A program made the translations under genes and the position numbers. Source: Spirochaetia bacterium (lineage in GTDB: Bacteria > Spirochaetota > Spirochaetia > SZUA-6 > Bin103). Taken from it: a stretch of DNA of 64,000 nucleotides. The stretch is from contig CBDBOV010000005.1 in assembly GCA_965208575.1 (NCBI GenBank), positions 448,001 through 512,000 of the forward strand. The letters run 5' to 3'. Position 1 is the stretch's first letter. Each line of letters starts with the position of its first letter. Under the pieces are notes generated by a model. It worked only from the letters and a program-made list of their open reading frames with translations, had not been told where the DNA came from and ran no database searches. Below, piece by piece: positions 1 to 13,725 of this stretch.

Positions 1-3137
<3,137 letters not shown>

Positions 3138-3150
3138 CGCCGGGAGCCGT

Positions 3151-4728
3151 TCACTCCACCCAGCCCTGCCGGTACCAGCGGTGGACGAGGCGGTCGTAGT
3201 AGATCCACTCCAAGGCGCCGCCCGCGGCACCGATGAAGTAGTAGGCGCGGTCGGCAGGGGTGCGCGCGAGACGTCTGCCGTCGGCGCCGGCGGCGGAGCC
3301 GCGGTCGTAGTGGACACGGTTGTCACGGACGTGGCCGGCGGGAGGGCCGGCGTTCGCCCACCACCAGCCGCTGGAGACCAGGAACGGCCCGCGGTGGGGC
3401 CGCCGCGGCGTTCGCGGGCGGGCTCCCGTTACCGGGATTTCCTGCGGCTTGGCGAGCACCCGCCGCACCAGGGGGACACCCGGCGCCGTGACCGCCGGCG
3501 GACGCGGTGCCGCCGGCGCGCCGACCGGCTGCCAGCGGTACTGCGCCTCCGGCAGGTGCGCCTCCTCCAGCACGGCACAGGCTACCGCGGCGTCGCCGAA
3601 CTCGGCGCGGATGCTCGCCAGGGCGGCGGCTCCGGCGGCCGGGTCGCGTCCCTGGCTGGTGCGGAACAGCTCGCCCTGACCGGCCGGCAGCGGGGTGTGG
3701 CGGGCGTCGAGGGCCAGTTCCTCCACCCCGGCGTTCAGGTCGAGGGCACGCAGCCGCAGGGCCAGCAGCTCCAGCAGCAGACCGCGCCGGCGGGTGGGGA
3801 AGGCGGGGCGGATCAGCTCATGCCGCCGCGAGCCGTCTTCCAGCAGGAGTTGCAGTTGCAGTTCGGCAACCGCGCCCGCCCTGTGCTGCAGGCGGTCGAG
3901 CAACCGGTCGAGGAGCACCCGGCAGTGGCGCAGCAGGCGCTCGGCATCGCTTGCGCGGTAGGTCAGCCGCCGCCGCTGCAGCAGCGGCGGCGGCGTGTCG
4001 TGGCCCTGCACGGGCAGCGAGGGAGCGCAGGCAGTACGGCGCAGCTCCGCCACCGGAGCGCCAAATCGGCGCAGCAGTTCGGCGTAGGGGAGCCGCAGGA
4101 AGTGCTCGACGGTGACCACGCCCAGTTTCTCCAGGAGGTCGCGTGCCGCCGGCTCCAGGGGCAGCCGGTCGAGCGGCAGGGCGGCGATGGCGGCGCGTTC
4201 TCCGTCCGCGTCGGCGACCACCAGCGGCCGGCAGCCGCCCCGCGCTACGCTCTCCCGAGCCAGCAGGCAGGTGCCCAGGCGGGTATGGCCGAGCACCACC
4301 GCGGCTACCAGGCCGGCGCTGCGCAGGAGCCGCCCGATGGTGTCGGCCAGCGCAACGCCCGAGGGGTAGTGGCGGCGCAATCCGGCTGCCTCCAGCCAGA
4401 ACACCCCGGGATCGGCCCAGCCGGAGCCCCCCCATTCGACCCGTGGGCTGACGGTCAGCAGCCGCTCCCGGATCAGCCGCACTCCCGTTGCCAGCTCGGC
4501 GGGGGAGATCGTTCCGGCATGCAGGTGGGAAACCAGGGAGAGCGCCGCGGCGTAGCGCATCCCGACCCGCACCCCGGCGGCGCGCGCTCGCCGGTTTACC
4601 GCCGTCACGGTGCCCAGCGGCTTGTCCTCGCTGACCACCGCGACCGGTTGCCGCTTCCAGCCGGGGTGCCGCCGCAGCAGCAGTTGCAGCGGCAGCTCGC
4701 CGACGTCAACACATGCCGTAGGGGGCAT
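3151..4728 (-). CDS. imuB: ImuB, inactive Y-family polymerase-like protein
   Basis: [29 protein letters not shown]-terminal RAYY...WYRQGWVE; located between imuA and dnaE2. Confidence 0.88.
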   Translation of the reverse strand: MPPTACVDVGELPLQLLLRRHPGWKRQPVAVVSEDKPLGTVTAVNRRARAAGVRVGMRYAAALSLVSHLHAGTISPAELATGVRLIRERLLTVSPRVEWGGSGWADPGVFWLEAAGLRRHYPSGVALADTIGRLLRSAGLVAAVVLGHTRLGTCLLARESVARGGCRPLVVADADGERAAIAALPLDRLPLEPAARDLLEKLGVVTVEHFLRLPYAELLRRFGAPVAELRRTACAPSLPVQGHDTPPPLLQRRRLTYRASDAERLLRHCRVLLDRLLDRLQHRAGAVAELQLQLLLEDGSRRHELIRPAFPTRRRGLLLELLALRLRALDLNAGVEELALDARHTPLPAGQGELFRTSQGRDPAAGAAALASIRAEFGDAAVACAVLEEAHLPEAQYRWQPVGAPAAPRPPAVTAPGVPLVRRVLAKPQEIPVTGARPRTPRRPHRGPFLVSSGWWWANAGPPAGHVRDNRVHYDRGSAAGADGRRLARTPADRAYYFIGAAGGALEWIYYDRLVHRWYRQGWVE

Positions 4729-5401
4729 GGCAGGTGACCGCCAGCGACCGGCCGGGGCCGTGGCGGCGATCCTTGAGTACACGGATGCCGTAATGAAAGG
4801 AGCCCGGGTGGCGTGTTGCGGTGCGAAAACCGCGCCCGCGGAGGGCCACCAGCGACCCGAGGGTGAGCTCCGATTCGGGGGTAGTGAGACACAGCAGAGC
4901 GGTATCGTGGCACCGTGCCAAGCGCGCCAGCCGGCCCAGGATTGCCGCCGGAACGTCCAGGTAAGCGCCCAGCTCCAGTACGATGAGCCCGAAGGCGCCG
5001 CACCGGGTGAGGCGGTCGGCGACGCCCAGCACCGCCTCCGGGCCGGGCACGGTGATCACCGGCAGGGCGGCCAGATCGACCCCGCAGAGGGCGGCGTCGG
5101 GCGGAAAGAAGGTGGCGCGGGAGGCGGTGACCCAGGCCGCGGGCTCCGCGGCCTGTTGAAAGGAGCGGATCAGCGCGCAGGCCAGGGTCAGATGGACCCC
5201 GTGCGGGCCGGACGCCAGTTCGCACAGGCGTCCGGCAAGCTCCGCCGGGCGCCACAACCGCCCGGCACTACCGGTCCGAGTGGGGGTGGAACGGCGCTCC
5301 CATTCCGTCAGCGCGGCTGCCGGCACCAGGGAACTCGTGGGTCCGGGGGATCTCGTCCGAAAAGGGCGTCCGGCGGGCGATGCTTGGGCATCGGTTTTCA
5401 T
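4706..5401 (-). CDS. imuA: ImuA / RecA-like mutasome protein
   Basis: ELAGRLCELAS, AAWV...FFPPDAALCGVDL, GAFGLIVLEL; located between lexA and imuB. Confidence 0.8.
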   Translation of the reverse strand: MKTDAQASPAGRPFRTRSPGPTSSLVPAAALTEWERRSTPTRTGSAGRLWRPAELAGRLCELASGPHGVHLTLACALIRSFQQAAEPAAWVTASRATFFPPDAALCGVDLAALPVITVPGPEAVLGVADRLTRCGAFGLIVLELGAYLDVPAAILGRLARLARCHDTALLCLTTPESELTLGSLVALRGRGFRTATRHPGSFHYGIRVLKDRRHGPGRSLAVTCHAPYGMC

Positions 5402-5433
5402 CGTCTTCCTTGTCACGGAGTGACCGTACAGAC

Positions 5434-6075
5434 TCACGGTTCCAGCACCGGGGTGCTGCCTTCCAGGTAGCGGCGCACCTCGATCACCTTGCCGAGGATC
5501 CGGACCCGCTCGGGGTCGGGCACGATCGGATCGAACGCCGGGTTGGCGGGATGCAGCTCGATGCGTCCGGCGCGCAGCTTGAGCCGCTTTACCGTGGCCT
5601 CGTCCTCCACCAGGGCCACCACGATCTCGCCCGAAAGAGCGCTCTCCCGGCGATGTACGATCACCACGTCGCCGGGCAGAATGGCGGCATCGCGCATGCT
5701 TTCGCCGCGCACGCGCAGGGCGAACAACTCGTCGCGCGGCTTGGCCGACTGCACCGGTACGTAGCCGTCGGGGTCTTCGCTGGCAGTGGTGAGGGCCCCC
5801 GCCTGGACGCGTCCGAGGAGCGGCACCAGCACCGCGGGATACGGCGTGCTCCCGGCCGGCAGCCGGTAGCCGCGCGCCTTGCCCGGCTCCTTGTCCAGCA
5901 GCCCGTCCCGCACCAGGGCCTCCAGGTAGTCGCGCGCCGATTGTACCGCGCGGAAGCCGAAGTGGGCCTGCACTTCGCGGGTGGTGGGCGGCGCTCCGGA
6001 CAGGATGCGGTCGCGTACGAACAGGAAGATGTGACGTTTCCGCTCCTGGGAGCGGTATCGGGTAGCGGCGGTCAT
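5434..6075 (-). CDS. lexA: LexA repressor
   Basis: PPTTREVQAHFG winged helix, VPLLGRVQAG cleavage site, LRVRGESM catalytic Ser, EATVKRL catalytic Lys. Confidence 0.95.
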   Translation of the reverse strand: MTAATRYRSQERKRHIFLFVRDRILSGAPPTTREVQAHFGFRAVQSARDYLEALVRDGLLDKEPGKARGYRLPAGSTPYPAVLVPLLGRVQAGALTTASEDPDGYVPVQSAKPRDELFALRVRGESMRDAAILPGDVVIVHRRESALSGEIVVALVEDEATVKRLKLRAGRIELHPANPAFDPIVPDPERVRILGKVIEVRRYLEGSTPVLEP

Positions 6076-6089
6076 GGGAAATCGACGGT

Positions 6090-6127
6090 ACAGACGTATG
6101 TCTGTTGATGTCAAGACGCTTGTCTGT
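6090..6127. promoter_or_regulatory. Two tandem putative LexA operators, AGAC-N4-GTCT
   Basis: ACAGACgtatGTCTGT (6090-6105) and CAAGACgcttGTCTGT (6112-6127), directly upstream of the lexA start. Confidence 0.7.
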
Positions 6128-6164
6128 TTTTTTCCGAAGATTGTTTCGGGGCCGTTTCGTTCGG

Positions 6165-7343
6165 TTACCGGCGGCGCAAGGTCTCCTTGACGGAGAAGAT
6201 GAACAGTGCGGCTCCGGTAAGCCCGAACAGTCCCACCACCGGGCCGGCAACGGCCAGTGAAAGGATGCCGGCCACCGCCCCGATCACCGCCGGACCGGAG
6301 GCGGTGCCCACGTCGCCGATCAACCGCCACAGACCGATGAACTCGCCGGCTCCCCGCCTGGGGGCGAGATCGGTGCCCATGGTCATCAGGAACCCGCTGC
6401 CCAGCCCGTTGCCCGCGCCGGCCAGTATCCCGATCAGCAGCAAACTCAGAAAACTGCCGGTAAGGGGCATCAGGGCCAGGCTCAGGGACATGACCGCTAT
6501 CGAGCTGGTCGCCGCCCAGCGCCGGCCGAGACGGTCCATGACCACCCCGGTAGGATAGAACAGCACCATGTCGGCGATTCCGGAAGCGCTCATGGCGAGT
6601 CCTACTTCCGCCACCGACAGGCCGATCGATTCGCCCCACAGCGGGATGAACAGTTGCCTCCCGGCCCGGATCAGGTTGAGGGCAATGATGGCGGGACCGG
6701 CGCGCAGCAATACCCGCCAGTGGTCGCGCACGATCGCCACCGGATGATACCAGCCGCCGGCGCGCGCCGGCGCCGGCGGCGGGCGCCGCTGCGTCCAGCG
6801 CAGCACCGCGGCGCCGGCCAGGACCATCAGGCAGGAGAGGGCCGCGAACGGCGCCCACAGCCCCAGCAGTTCGGCCACCGCGCCTCCCACGGCCGGGCCG
6901 ATGGCGAACGAACCGATCCGGTTCATGCCGCCCAGCGTGGCCAGCGCCCGCCCGCGCTGGTGCGCCGGCACCGTTTCGCGCGCCACCGCCATGCGTGTCA
7001 CCATCCAGGTGCCGCGTCCGGCGCCGAGCAGCACCGCGGCGGCGCCGAGCAGCAGCACGCTGCCGCCGAGGGCGGCCAGCAGGCCGGCGACTGCCAGGGT
7101 GCCGAGCACGGTAAGCGCCAGCGTGCGCTGCGGCCAGCGTGCGGCCAGGACGCCGGCCGGGATGTCCACGATCAGGGTGCCCACCGCCACCAGGGCGACA
7201 ATGCCGGCGGCGCCGGCCACGCTGCCGCTCAGGCTGGTGGCCAGGCGCGGCAGAACGGGGAGAATCAGCCCCCAGCCGACGGTGTACAGCAGTTCCGGGA
7301 TATACAGGGTCAGGAACAGGCGGCGGATGTGCGGCGCGGGCAC
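6165..7343 (-). CDS. MFS transporter
   Basis: About 12 hydrophobic segments; GVVMDRLGRR motif A. Confidence 0.9.
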   Translation of the reverse strand: MPAPHIRRLFLTLYIPELLYTVGWGLILPVLPRLATSLSGSVAGAAGIVALVAVGTLIVDIPAGVLAARWPQRTLALTVLGTLAVAGLLAALGGSVLLLGAAAVLLGAGRGTWMVTRMAVARETVPAHQRGRALATLGGMNRIGSFAIGPAVGGAVAELLGLWAPFAALSCLMVLAGAAVLRWTQRRPPPAPARAGGWYHPVAIVRDHWRVLLRAGPAIIALNLIRAGRQLFIPLWGESIGLSVAEVGLAMSASGIADMVLFYPTGVVMDRLGRRWAATSSIAVMSLSLALMPLTGSFLSLLLIGILAGAGNGLGSGFLMTMGTDLAPRRGAGEFIGLWRLIGDVGTASGPAVIGAVAGILSLAVAGPVVGLFGLTGAALFIFSVKETLRRR

Positions 7344-7388
7344 GGACGCATTATCGGGGCAGGGCGCCGCCGCGGAAAGAGTGCGGCG

Positions 7389-8774
7389 CTATCCTCTCTG
7401 CCAGAGCAGCGTACCGGGGCGAAACTGGCTCCAGGCGAACCAGAACGCCTCGTGGCTCGGCGTCTCCCGGTCGTCGATGAAGGCGCGGATGCCGCTGCCG
7501 TCGATGGCCACCCGCACCCCGGCCAGCTCGACCGCGGCGCCCGCCTGCAGGGCCAGCACGGCGTTGGCCACCGGAAACGCCACCGCCGTGCCGTCGGCGC
7601 CGAGCACGCCGAGCACCCGCTCCTGCACCGGCAGCCGCGGGTCCACGTCGCCGACCGGGAAGATCGGACCATTGTCGTCGCGCCCGCGCAACGGGTCCAT
7701 CGGATAGCGGTTGCCGGGGACGCCGCCATCCTCGGCGATGATGGTGGTGTCGGGGTGCGCCTCCTTCCAGGCGCCCCAGGTGGAAGTGACCACGGTGAGC
7801 TGGTTGAGGATCACGCCGGCCTCGTGCAGCGGCCCCGACAGGGCGCGCCCGGTGAAGGTGTCGACGGCCGAGGTGGTGACCAGGTCGTACATGAACTTGT
7901 TGGAGCGGGACAGCAGCCCGGAGGTGCGCAGCACCGGGAAGAATCCCTTGATGTCGTCGGTGTAGTACGCCTGCGCCGAGCCGCACAGGGTGCAGTAGGG
8001 CATGCCGAAGGTGCGTCCGCCCAGGGCGTCGTTCACCATCTCGTGCACCTCCATGATGTTCTTGGGATAGGCGCGCGCCTCGCCGTTGACCACCAGGCCG
8101 AACACCAGGGCGGAATCGGGGTACCAGCTTCCGCCGGCGGCATCGGTGACCGGCGGACTGTCGAGTGCCGGGATGCAGCGGAAGCAGCGCTGTCCGGGGC
8201 CGGCGTCGCTGCGGTCGTCCATCAGCACGCCGCCCCACGCCACCAGCCGCCAGTCGATCGCCGAGTCTTCATCGGCGAAGAACGGCTCCCAGCGCGAATC
8301 GATCAGGGTCATCAGGTTGCCCTTGAGGCGGCGGTAGCCGGGGAACGCCGGCAGATCCCACGCCATCAGGTGATCGGGTATGGCGTTGTAGTCGCCGCGC
8401 GGCAGGGTTACGCCGGTCAGCTCCTCGAAGGTGACGTTCAGGGTCTCCATCTCGCGTTGACCGATGAAGCGCAGCAGGTCGGCCACGAACCACAGGATGC
8501 GCGGGTCGCCGCTCTCCTTGAGGCGTGCGAGCGCGCCGGTGTCGAGACTGCGCTCCGAGATGCTGGTAATGATCGATTCGATGTCGGCGCGCGTTGCCGG
8601 ATTCAGTTCGCCGTCCGGGTAGTCGGGCGGCGTACCGAACCGCTGCCCGAAGGCGCCGACCAGCTCTGCGCCGGAACCCGCGGGCGCCGATTCGGCGGCG
8701 GCCGGCAGGGCGGCGGTGACCAGCAGCATGGCCAGGAACGACGCCGGCAACCGGCGCCCGGTGACGGTTCTCAT
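7389..8774 (-). CDS. DUF3179-family exported protein
   Basis: Signal peptide; CIPALDSP, EARAYP...HEMVND, YCTLCGS, AFWFAW. Confidence 0.8.
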   Translation of the reverse strand: MRTVTGRRLPASFLAMLLVTAALPAAAESAPAGSGAELVGAFGQRFGTPPDYPDGELNPATRADIESIITSISERSLDTGALARLKESGDPRILWFVADLLRFIGQREMETLNVTFEELTGVTLPRGDYNAIPDHLMAWDLPAFPGYRRLKGNLMTLIDSRWEPFFADEDSAIDWRLVAWGGVLMDDRSDAGPGQRCFRCIPALDSPPVTDAAGGSWYPDSALVFGLVVNGEARAYPKNIMEVHEMVNDALGGRTFGMPYCTLCGSAQAYYTDDIKGFFPVLRTSGLLSRSNKFMYDLVTTSAVDTFTGRALSGPLHEAGVILNQLTVVTSTWGAWKEAHPDTTIIAEDGGVPGNRYPMDPLRGRDDNGPIFPVGDVDPRLPVQERVLGVLGADGTAVAFPVANAVLALQAGAAVELAGVRVAIDGSGIRAFIDDRETPSHEAFWFAWSQFRPGTLLWQRG

Positions 8775-8878
8775 CGATACATCATACCGCCGTTTGCCGC
8801 GGGCGTTTTCCGCACGGTCCGGCACGGTCCTGGCACGGTCCCGTGAGCAGGTCACGCCATGTGTGGCACTATGGCTGC

Positions 8879-10057
8879 ATGGCGTCATCTTCAGGATCGT
8901 CCACGCCGCGGAGGGCGCCCGAGCCGCCCGCGCACCCGAGCGTCGTCGGGCCGGCGCCGGCGGCCGGCCGCCTGGCCGCGGTGCGCGAGTGGCTCGGTGC
9001 GCAGGCTGAGCTCGACGGTCTGCTGGTGGTCCGCCAGGAGAACCTGGAGGACTTCGACTTGCGCTACCTGACCGGGTTCACGGGATCGTCGGGATTCGCG
9101 GTGGTCACCGCCGGCGAGGCGCTGTTGCTGACCGACGTGCGCTACGTGGAGCAGGCGGCCCGACAATGCCCGGGTTGGCGGATCGAGCGGCATGGGCGTC
9201 CGGCGACCGAGGAGTTGGCGGCCGCGCTGCACGGCGCCGGCGTGCGCCGGCTGGCGTTCGACCCGGCCGGCCTCACCGTGGCGCTGTGCGACGAGCTGCG
9301 CGCCGGGCTGCCGGAAGTGGCCCTGCATTCCGCCGCCGGAACGGTGACCGCGTTGCGCGAACGCAAGGACGCGGCGGAGGTGGCCGCCATTGCCCGCGCC
9401 TGCGCGATCAGCGATGCCGCGTTTGCGCGGTTGCTTCCCGAGATCCGTCCCGGCATCAGCGAGCGTGAGTTGGCGCGCCGGCTGGAGGAGCTGCTCTACC
9501 GGCAGGGTGCCGACCGCGTGGCTTTCGAGGCGATCGCGGCATCGGGCCCCAACTCCGCGCTGCCGCACGCGCAGCCGTCGGCGCGGGAGATCGCGCCCGG
9601 TGACCTGATCACGTTCGACTTCGGCGCCGGAGTGGCCGGCTATTGCGCCGACATGACCCGCACCGTGGTCATGGGAGCGGCGTCGCCGCGCCAGCGGCGC
9701 CTGTACGAGGCGGTGCGCGGCGTGCAGGCGGCCGGTGTGGCCGCGCTGCGCGCCGGGGCGCGCTGCAGCGAGATCGACGCCGCCGCGAAGCAGGCGATCA
9801 AGGCCGCCGGCTACGGCGAGTATCCCACCCACAGCCTCGGCCACGGCGTCGGCCTGGCGATCCACGAGGCGCCGGCGATGCGGCCGGGCAGCGACGACGT
9901 GCTCGCTCCCGGCCACATGGTGACGGTGGAGCCCGGCATCTACATCCCCGGTTTCGGCGGGGTGCGGATCGAGGACACGGTAGTGATCGAAGCACATGCG
10001 CGGCGCGTGCTCACGACCACGACGCGTCGGCTGATCGAGCTGCCGGTGCCGCGCTGA
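8879..10057 (+). CDS. Xaa-Pro peptidase (M24B)
   Basis: [14 protein letters not shown]...[33 protein letters not shown]. Confidence 0.93.
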   Translation: MASSSGSSTPRRAPEPPAHPSVVGPAPAAGRLAAVREWLGAQAELDGLLVVRQENLEDFDLRYLTGFTGSSGFAVVTAGEALLLTDVRYVEQAARQCPGWRIERHGRPATEELAAALHGAGVRRLAFDPAGLTVALCDELRAGLPEVALHSAAGTVTALRERKDAAEVAAIARACAISDAAFARLLPEIRPGISERELARRLEELLYRQGADRVAFEAIAASGPNSALPHAQPSAREIAPGDLITFDFGAGVAGYCADMTRTVVMGAASPRQRRLYEAVRGVQAAGVAALRAGARCSEIDAAAKQAIKAAGYGEYPTHSLGHGVGLAIHEAPAMRPGSDDVLAPGHMVTVEPGIYIPGFGGVRIEDTVVIEAHARRVLTTTTRRLIELPVPR

Positions 10058-10158
10058 CGGGTAGTGCCGTGCGCTGGCGTGTTGGTTGCGACACCGTGCT
10101 GCCCACGCGCGGCGCGGGTTGCGCGGCGTGCGGCGCCCGATGCGACGGTCAGCGGTGA

Positions 10159-11196
10159 TCAGTTCATACGGTTCGGAGGTGCATCACCGCGCAGCCGGGC
10201 GGCGATGGCGGCCGCTGCCATGCGTGCGCCGGTGCGGGCGCTGCCGCGGGAGGCGCCGGCGATATGCGGCGTGAGGGTGACGTTGGGCAGGGCCAGCAGC
10301 GGGTGGCCGGCGGGCAGCGGCTCCTCCGGAAACACGTCGATTGCCGCGCCGGCGAGCCGGCCGGCCGCCAGCGCCCGCGCCAGGGCGTCGTAGTCGAGCA
10401 GCGGGCTGCGCGCGGTCTGGATCAGGTAGGCGCCGCGGCGCATCAGCGCCAGTTCCCGCGCCCCGAGGAGCGGGGCGGCCCCGGGGCGGTGGCGGGCGTG
10501 CAGGCTCACCACGTCGGCGCCCGCCAACAGCGCCTCGATGGAGCACCGCTGCACTCCCGCCGCGGCGAATGCCTCGGGCGGAAGGTAGGGGTCGCAGGCC
10601 AGCACCCGGGCACCGAACGCCGTCAGCAGTGGTGCCAGCAGGCGGCCGATGTGGCCCATCCCCAGCAGGCCGACGGTAAGGGCGGTCAGATCCTCGCCCA
10701 CCGAGTCGTAGCGATACAGGTCGGCGCGCCAATGCGCCGCCGCGGTCAGGTCGCGGTGCCCGCGGGCGAGGCCCTTGGTAATGTCGATGATCATCGCCAC
10801 CGTGAACTCCGCCACCGCCCGCGCGTTGCGCCCCGGGGCGTTGCACACCACCACGCCGCGCCGCTTCGCTTCCTCCAGGTTCACGTTCACCGCGCCGCTG
10901 CGTGCGCACGCCACCAGCCGCAGCGCCGGCGCCGCCGCCAGCACCTGCGCGCCCAGGGCGGCCATGTGCACCGCCGCCAGCTCCGCCTCGCGCAGTACGG
11001 CGATTACGCGACCGGCATCGCCGGTGTACTCGCGGATCTCCTCGTCGTGGGCCATCGGCACGTCAGGCCACTCGTGCTCGTCGGCAACGAAGCGCAACTC
11101 GCCGGCGCGGCTGCCGACCGCCTCCTCGATGGCGCGCCGCAGGAGGACGGTGCGGACGAATCGGTCGCCGATTACCGCTATGGTGGTTCGCTTCAC
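10159..11196 (-). CDS. D-isomer-specific 2-hydroxyacid dehydrogenase
   Basis: NAPGRNARAVAE, GMGHIG, DVFPEEP, TPHIAG. Confidence 0.9.
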   Translation of the reverse strand: MKRTTIAVIGDRFVRTVLLRRAIEEAVGSRAGELRFVADEHEWPDVPMAHDEEIREYTGDAGRVIAVLREAELAAVHMAALGAQVLAAAPALRLVACARSGAVNVNLEEAKRRGVVVCNAPGRNARAVAEFTVAMIIDITKGLARGHRDLTAAAHWRADLYRYDSVGEDLTALTVGLLGMGHIGRLLAPLLTAFGARVLACDPYLPPEAFAAAGVQRCSIEALLAGADVVSLHARHRPGAAPLLGARELALMRRGAYLIQTARSPLLDYDALARALAAGRLAGAAIDVFPEEPLPAGHPLLALPNVTLTPHIAGASRGSARTGARMAAAAIAARLRGDAPPNRMN

Positions 11197-11264
11197 TGTC
11201 CGGTTGCCTCGTTACCGATCGTCGCCGCGCGGCGGGCGGGGTCGCCGCGTCGACTGCGCCGCGT

Positions 11265-11657
11265 TCACGGGGCCGCGGCGTCGGTCACGTCGCGCACCCA
11301 GGAGAGCGCCGCCATGGCCGCGGACCAGCCGATCGAAGACACCGCGAGCAGCGGCACCTGCAGCAGCGCGGCCGCCGGGACGCCCTCGCGCAGGGCGCGC
11401 CGCGCGTGGGAGTGAACCGCGCCCTGCGAGCGCGCGCCCACCGCCAGGGCAAGCTTGACCAGCCGTTGCGAGCGGGCATCGAGAGGACCGGCCGCCGCGG
11501 CCGCATCGCCGAGCATCCGGTACGCCTGCCACACGTCCGGGTAGTCGCCGATCACCCGGTCCAGAAACCGGGGCAACCGTTCCTGACTGTGCGGCTGCGC
11601 CTCGCCGCTGCCCGGCTCCGATCGCGCAGAGCGGTCTTTATTCACGATCCCCTCCAA
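11265..11657 (-). CDS. Carboxymuconolactone decarboxylase family protein
   Basis: AGPLDARSQRLVKLALAVG, GAVHSHARRAL; start uncertain. Confidence 0.8.
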   Translation of the reverse strand: MEGIVNKDRSARSEPGSGEAQPHSQERLPRFLDRVIGDYPDVWQAYRMLGDAAAAAGPLDARSQRLVKLALAVGARSQGAVHSHARRALREGVPAAALLQVPLLAVSSIGWSAAMAALSWVRDVTDAAAP

Positions 11658-11812
11658 TCACGGTATGCTTGATGGTGACGGAGCGACGGCCTTCATGTCG
11701 AGGGTGGGAATCCGACGCGTCTGGAGCGGTTGAAAGCATTCATGACGACAGTTATCTTCACCGCGAATCACGATCAACTCGGGCGGCTGCCTGATCGACA
11801 AGGATGGATTGC

Positions 11813-12313
11813 ATGTCCAAGCGAACGACGGTAGTAGCGGTGGCGGCGGCGCTGCTGGCAATGACGGCGCATACGGCGGCCGGCGACGAGAGCGGAACCT
11901 TCTTCATGGTCAGAAGCTACGCGCACTCGTACATCACCGTGGAACACGCCGACGAGTCGTACACCGGTGGCATATTGCGCGGCACGCAAACGATCCTCGA
12001 CAGCAGCGGAGGCCCGTTCGTCGACGGTATGATCAGCACGTCGGACTGCCTGGTGTTTTCGCGCAGCTCGGATGCCGGCATTGCCCTGGAGGCGCCGTGC
12101 GAGAACACCGACGGCGACGGCGACGTGCTGTATACGACGGCGCTTCGGGAGCAGGGTACCGTTGACGCCGGCGGCGGCGGCCCAGGCCGCTGGGAGCTCC
12201 GTGGCGGCACCGGGAAGTATCAAGGCATCACCGGAGTCTGCCCCTACAATACGCAGTACCTGGAGGGCAACAGGGTGGTGACCGTCGGCGAGTGTACCTG
12301 GAGCAAGTCGTAG
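11813..12313 (+). CDS. Secreted hypothetical protein, probable beta-barrel
   Basis: Signal peptide; DGDGDVLY...GGTGKYQGITG.C pattern; four Cys in the mature part. Confidence 0.65.
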   Translation: MSKRTTVVAVAAALLAMTAHTAAGDESGTFFMVRSYAHSYITVEHADESYTGGILRGTQTILDSSGGPFVDGMISTSDCLVFSRSSDAGIALEAPCENTDGDGDVLYTTALREQGTVDAGGGGPGRWELRGGTGKYQGITGVCPYNTQYLEGNRVVTVGECTWSKS

Positions 12314-12437
12314 CCGAGGTTCGACGGTAGCAACCTGCCGGCGCGGCTCCTGGGGAGAGACGACGCGATCCTGACATCGGCTCCGGTCGTTTGCTCCTGA
12401 CCGCGATGCCGGGGTAGCCTGTCCGCACCCAGGGGAC

Positions 12438-13622
12438 GTGACAGCAATGAGCGCGGAGCAGCAGCCACACAAGATTCTCGTGGTCGACGATGAGCCGGAC
12501 GTCGAGCCGCTGATTAGGCAACGCATGCGGCGCGATGTGCGCGCCGGCCGCTACCGGTTCGTGTTCGCCCACGACGGCGTGGAAGCCCTGGAGGTGCTCC
12601 GGGAGCACACCGACATCGACATGGTGCTGTCGGACATCAACATGCCGAAGATGGACGGCCTCACCCTGCTGGCGCAGATCCCGAAGGTCGATCCCAACCT
12701 GCGCTGCGTCATCGTGTCGGCGTACGGCGACATGGACAACATCCGCACGGCCATGAACCGGGGCGCGTTCGACTTCGTCACCAAGCCGCTCGACTTCGAG
12801 GATCTCAAGGTCACCATCGAACGCACGCTGCGGCGGGTCGCCGAGTGGCGCGAGGCGCTGGCGTCGCGCGACCGGCTGGTGGTGCTGCAGAACGAGTTGG
12901 ACCTGGCCAGCAAGATGCAGCAGTCGATCCTGCCGACGCGGTTTCCCGGCGGCACCGACTTCCGGATCCACGGCCAGATGGAACCCGCGCGCGCCGTGGG
13001 CGGCGACTTCTTTGACATCATGAGGCTCGACAACGGGCTGGTCGGGGTGGCGATCGCCGACGTGTCGGACAAGGGCGTGCCCGCATCCCTGTTCATGATG
13101 TCCTCGCGCACCCTGTTGAAGGGCGCTGCCGTGGGGCGGGGCGAACCAGGCGAGGTGTTGCAGGAGGTCAACAACCTGCTCACCGAGGACAATCAGGGGT
13201 TGATGTTCGTCACGGTGCTGTATGCGACCTTCGATCCGGAGACGGGGGCGTTCAACTATGCCAATGGCGGACACAACTCGCCGTTGCTGGTGCGTGCGGA
13301 CGGCAGCTCCGAGTTGCTCCCGCTCACCGGCGGAGTGGCCCTCGGGGTGATGCCCGACTATCCCTACGCACAGTCCTCTATGACGCTCGGGCCGGGTGAG
13401 AAGCTGGTCATGTATACCGACGGCGTGACCGAGGCGATGAACGTCGCCCAGGAGGAGTTCGGCGTGGAGCGTCTGCGGGCGATCTTCGCCGGCGGCGCGC
13501 CGGAGGGCAGCAGGGCGACCAGCCAGGCGGTGTTCGACGCCGTGCACGCGTTCGCCGGTGACACGCCGCAGTCGGACGACGTCACCTGCCTGGTGCTCTC
13601 GCGCGGCGAGTTCGACACGTGA
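12438..13622 (+). CDS. Receiver domain fused to SpoIIE/PP2C phosphatase (RsbU-like)
   Basis: ILVVDDEP, SDINMPKMDG, VGGDFFD, IADVSDKG, YTDGVTEA, DDVT. Confidence 0.93.
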   Translation: MTAMSAEQQPHKILVVDDEPDVEPLIRQRMRRDVRAGRYRFVFAHDGVEALEVLREHTDIDMVLSDINMPKMDGLTLLAQIPKVDPNLRCVIVSAYGDMDNIRTAMNRGAFDFVTKPLDFEDLKVTIERTLRRVAEWREALASRDRLVVLQNELDLASKMQQSILPTRFPGGTDFRIHGQMEPARAVGGDFFDIMRLDNGLVGVAIADVSDKGVPASLFMMSSRTLLKGAAVGRGEPGEVLQEVNNLLTEDNQGLMFVTVLYATFDPETGAFNYANGGHNSPLLVRADGSSELLPLTGGVALGVMPDYPYAQSSMTLGPGEKLVMYTDGVTEAMNVAQEEFGVERLRAIFAGGAPEGSRATSQAVFDAVHAFAGDTPQSDDVTCLVLSRGEFDT

Positions 13623-13725
13623 GCGCCGGCTGTCGGCGGTGCAACCCGGCGTCGCACCGCTTGCGTGTAGCGGGTGTTTCGCCACCGGCTGCCGGGTACG
13701 TGCCGGCCGAGACCAAGGGCATCAA

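Noticed and set aside
7389-8774. Selenoprotein recoding in the DUF3179 gene
   Set aside because: No in-frame TGA; both CxxC motifs use Cys codons
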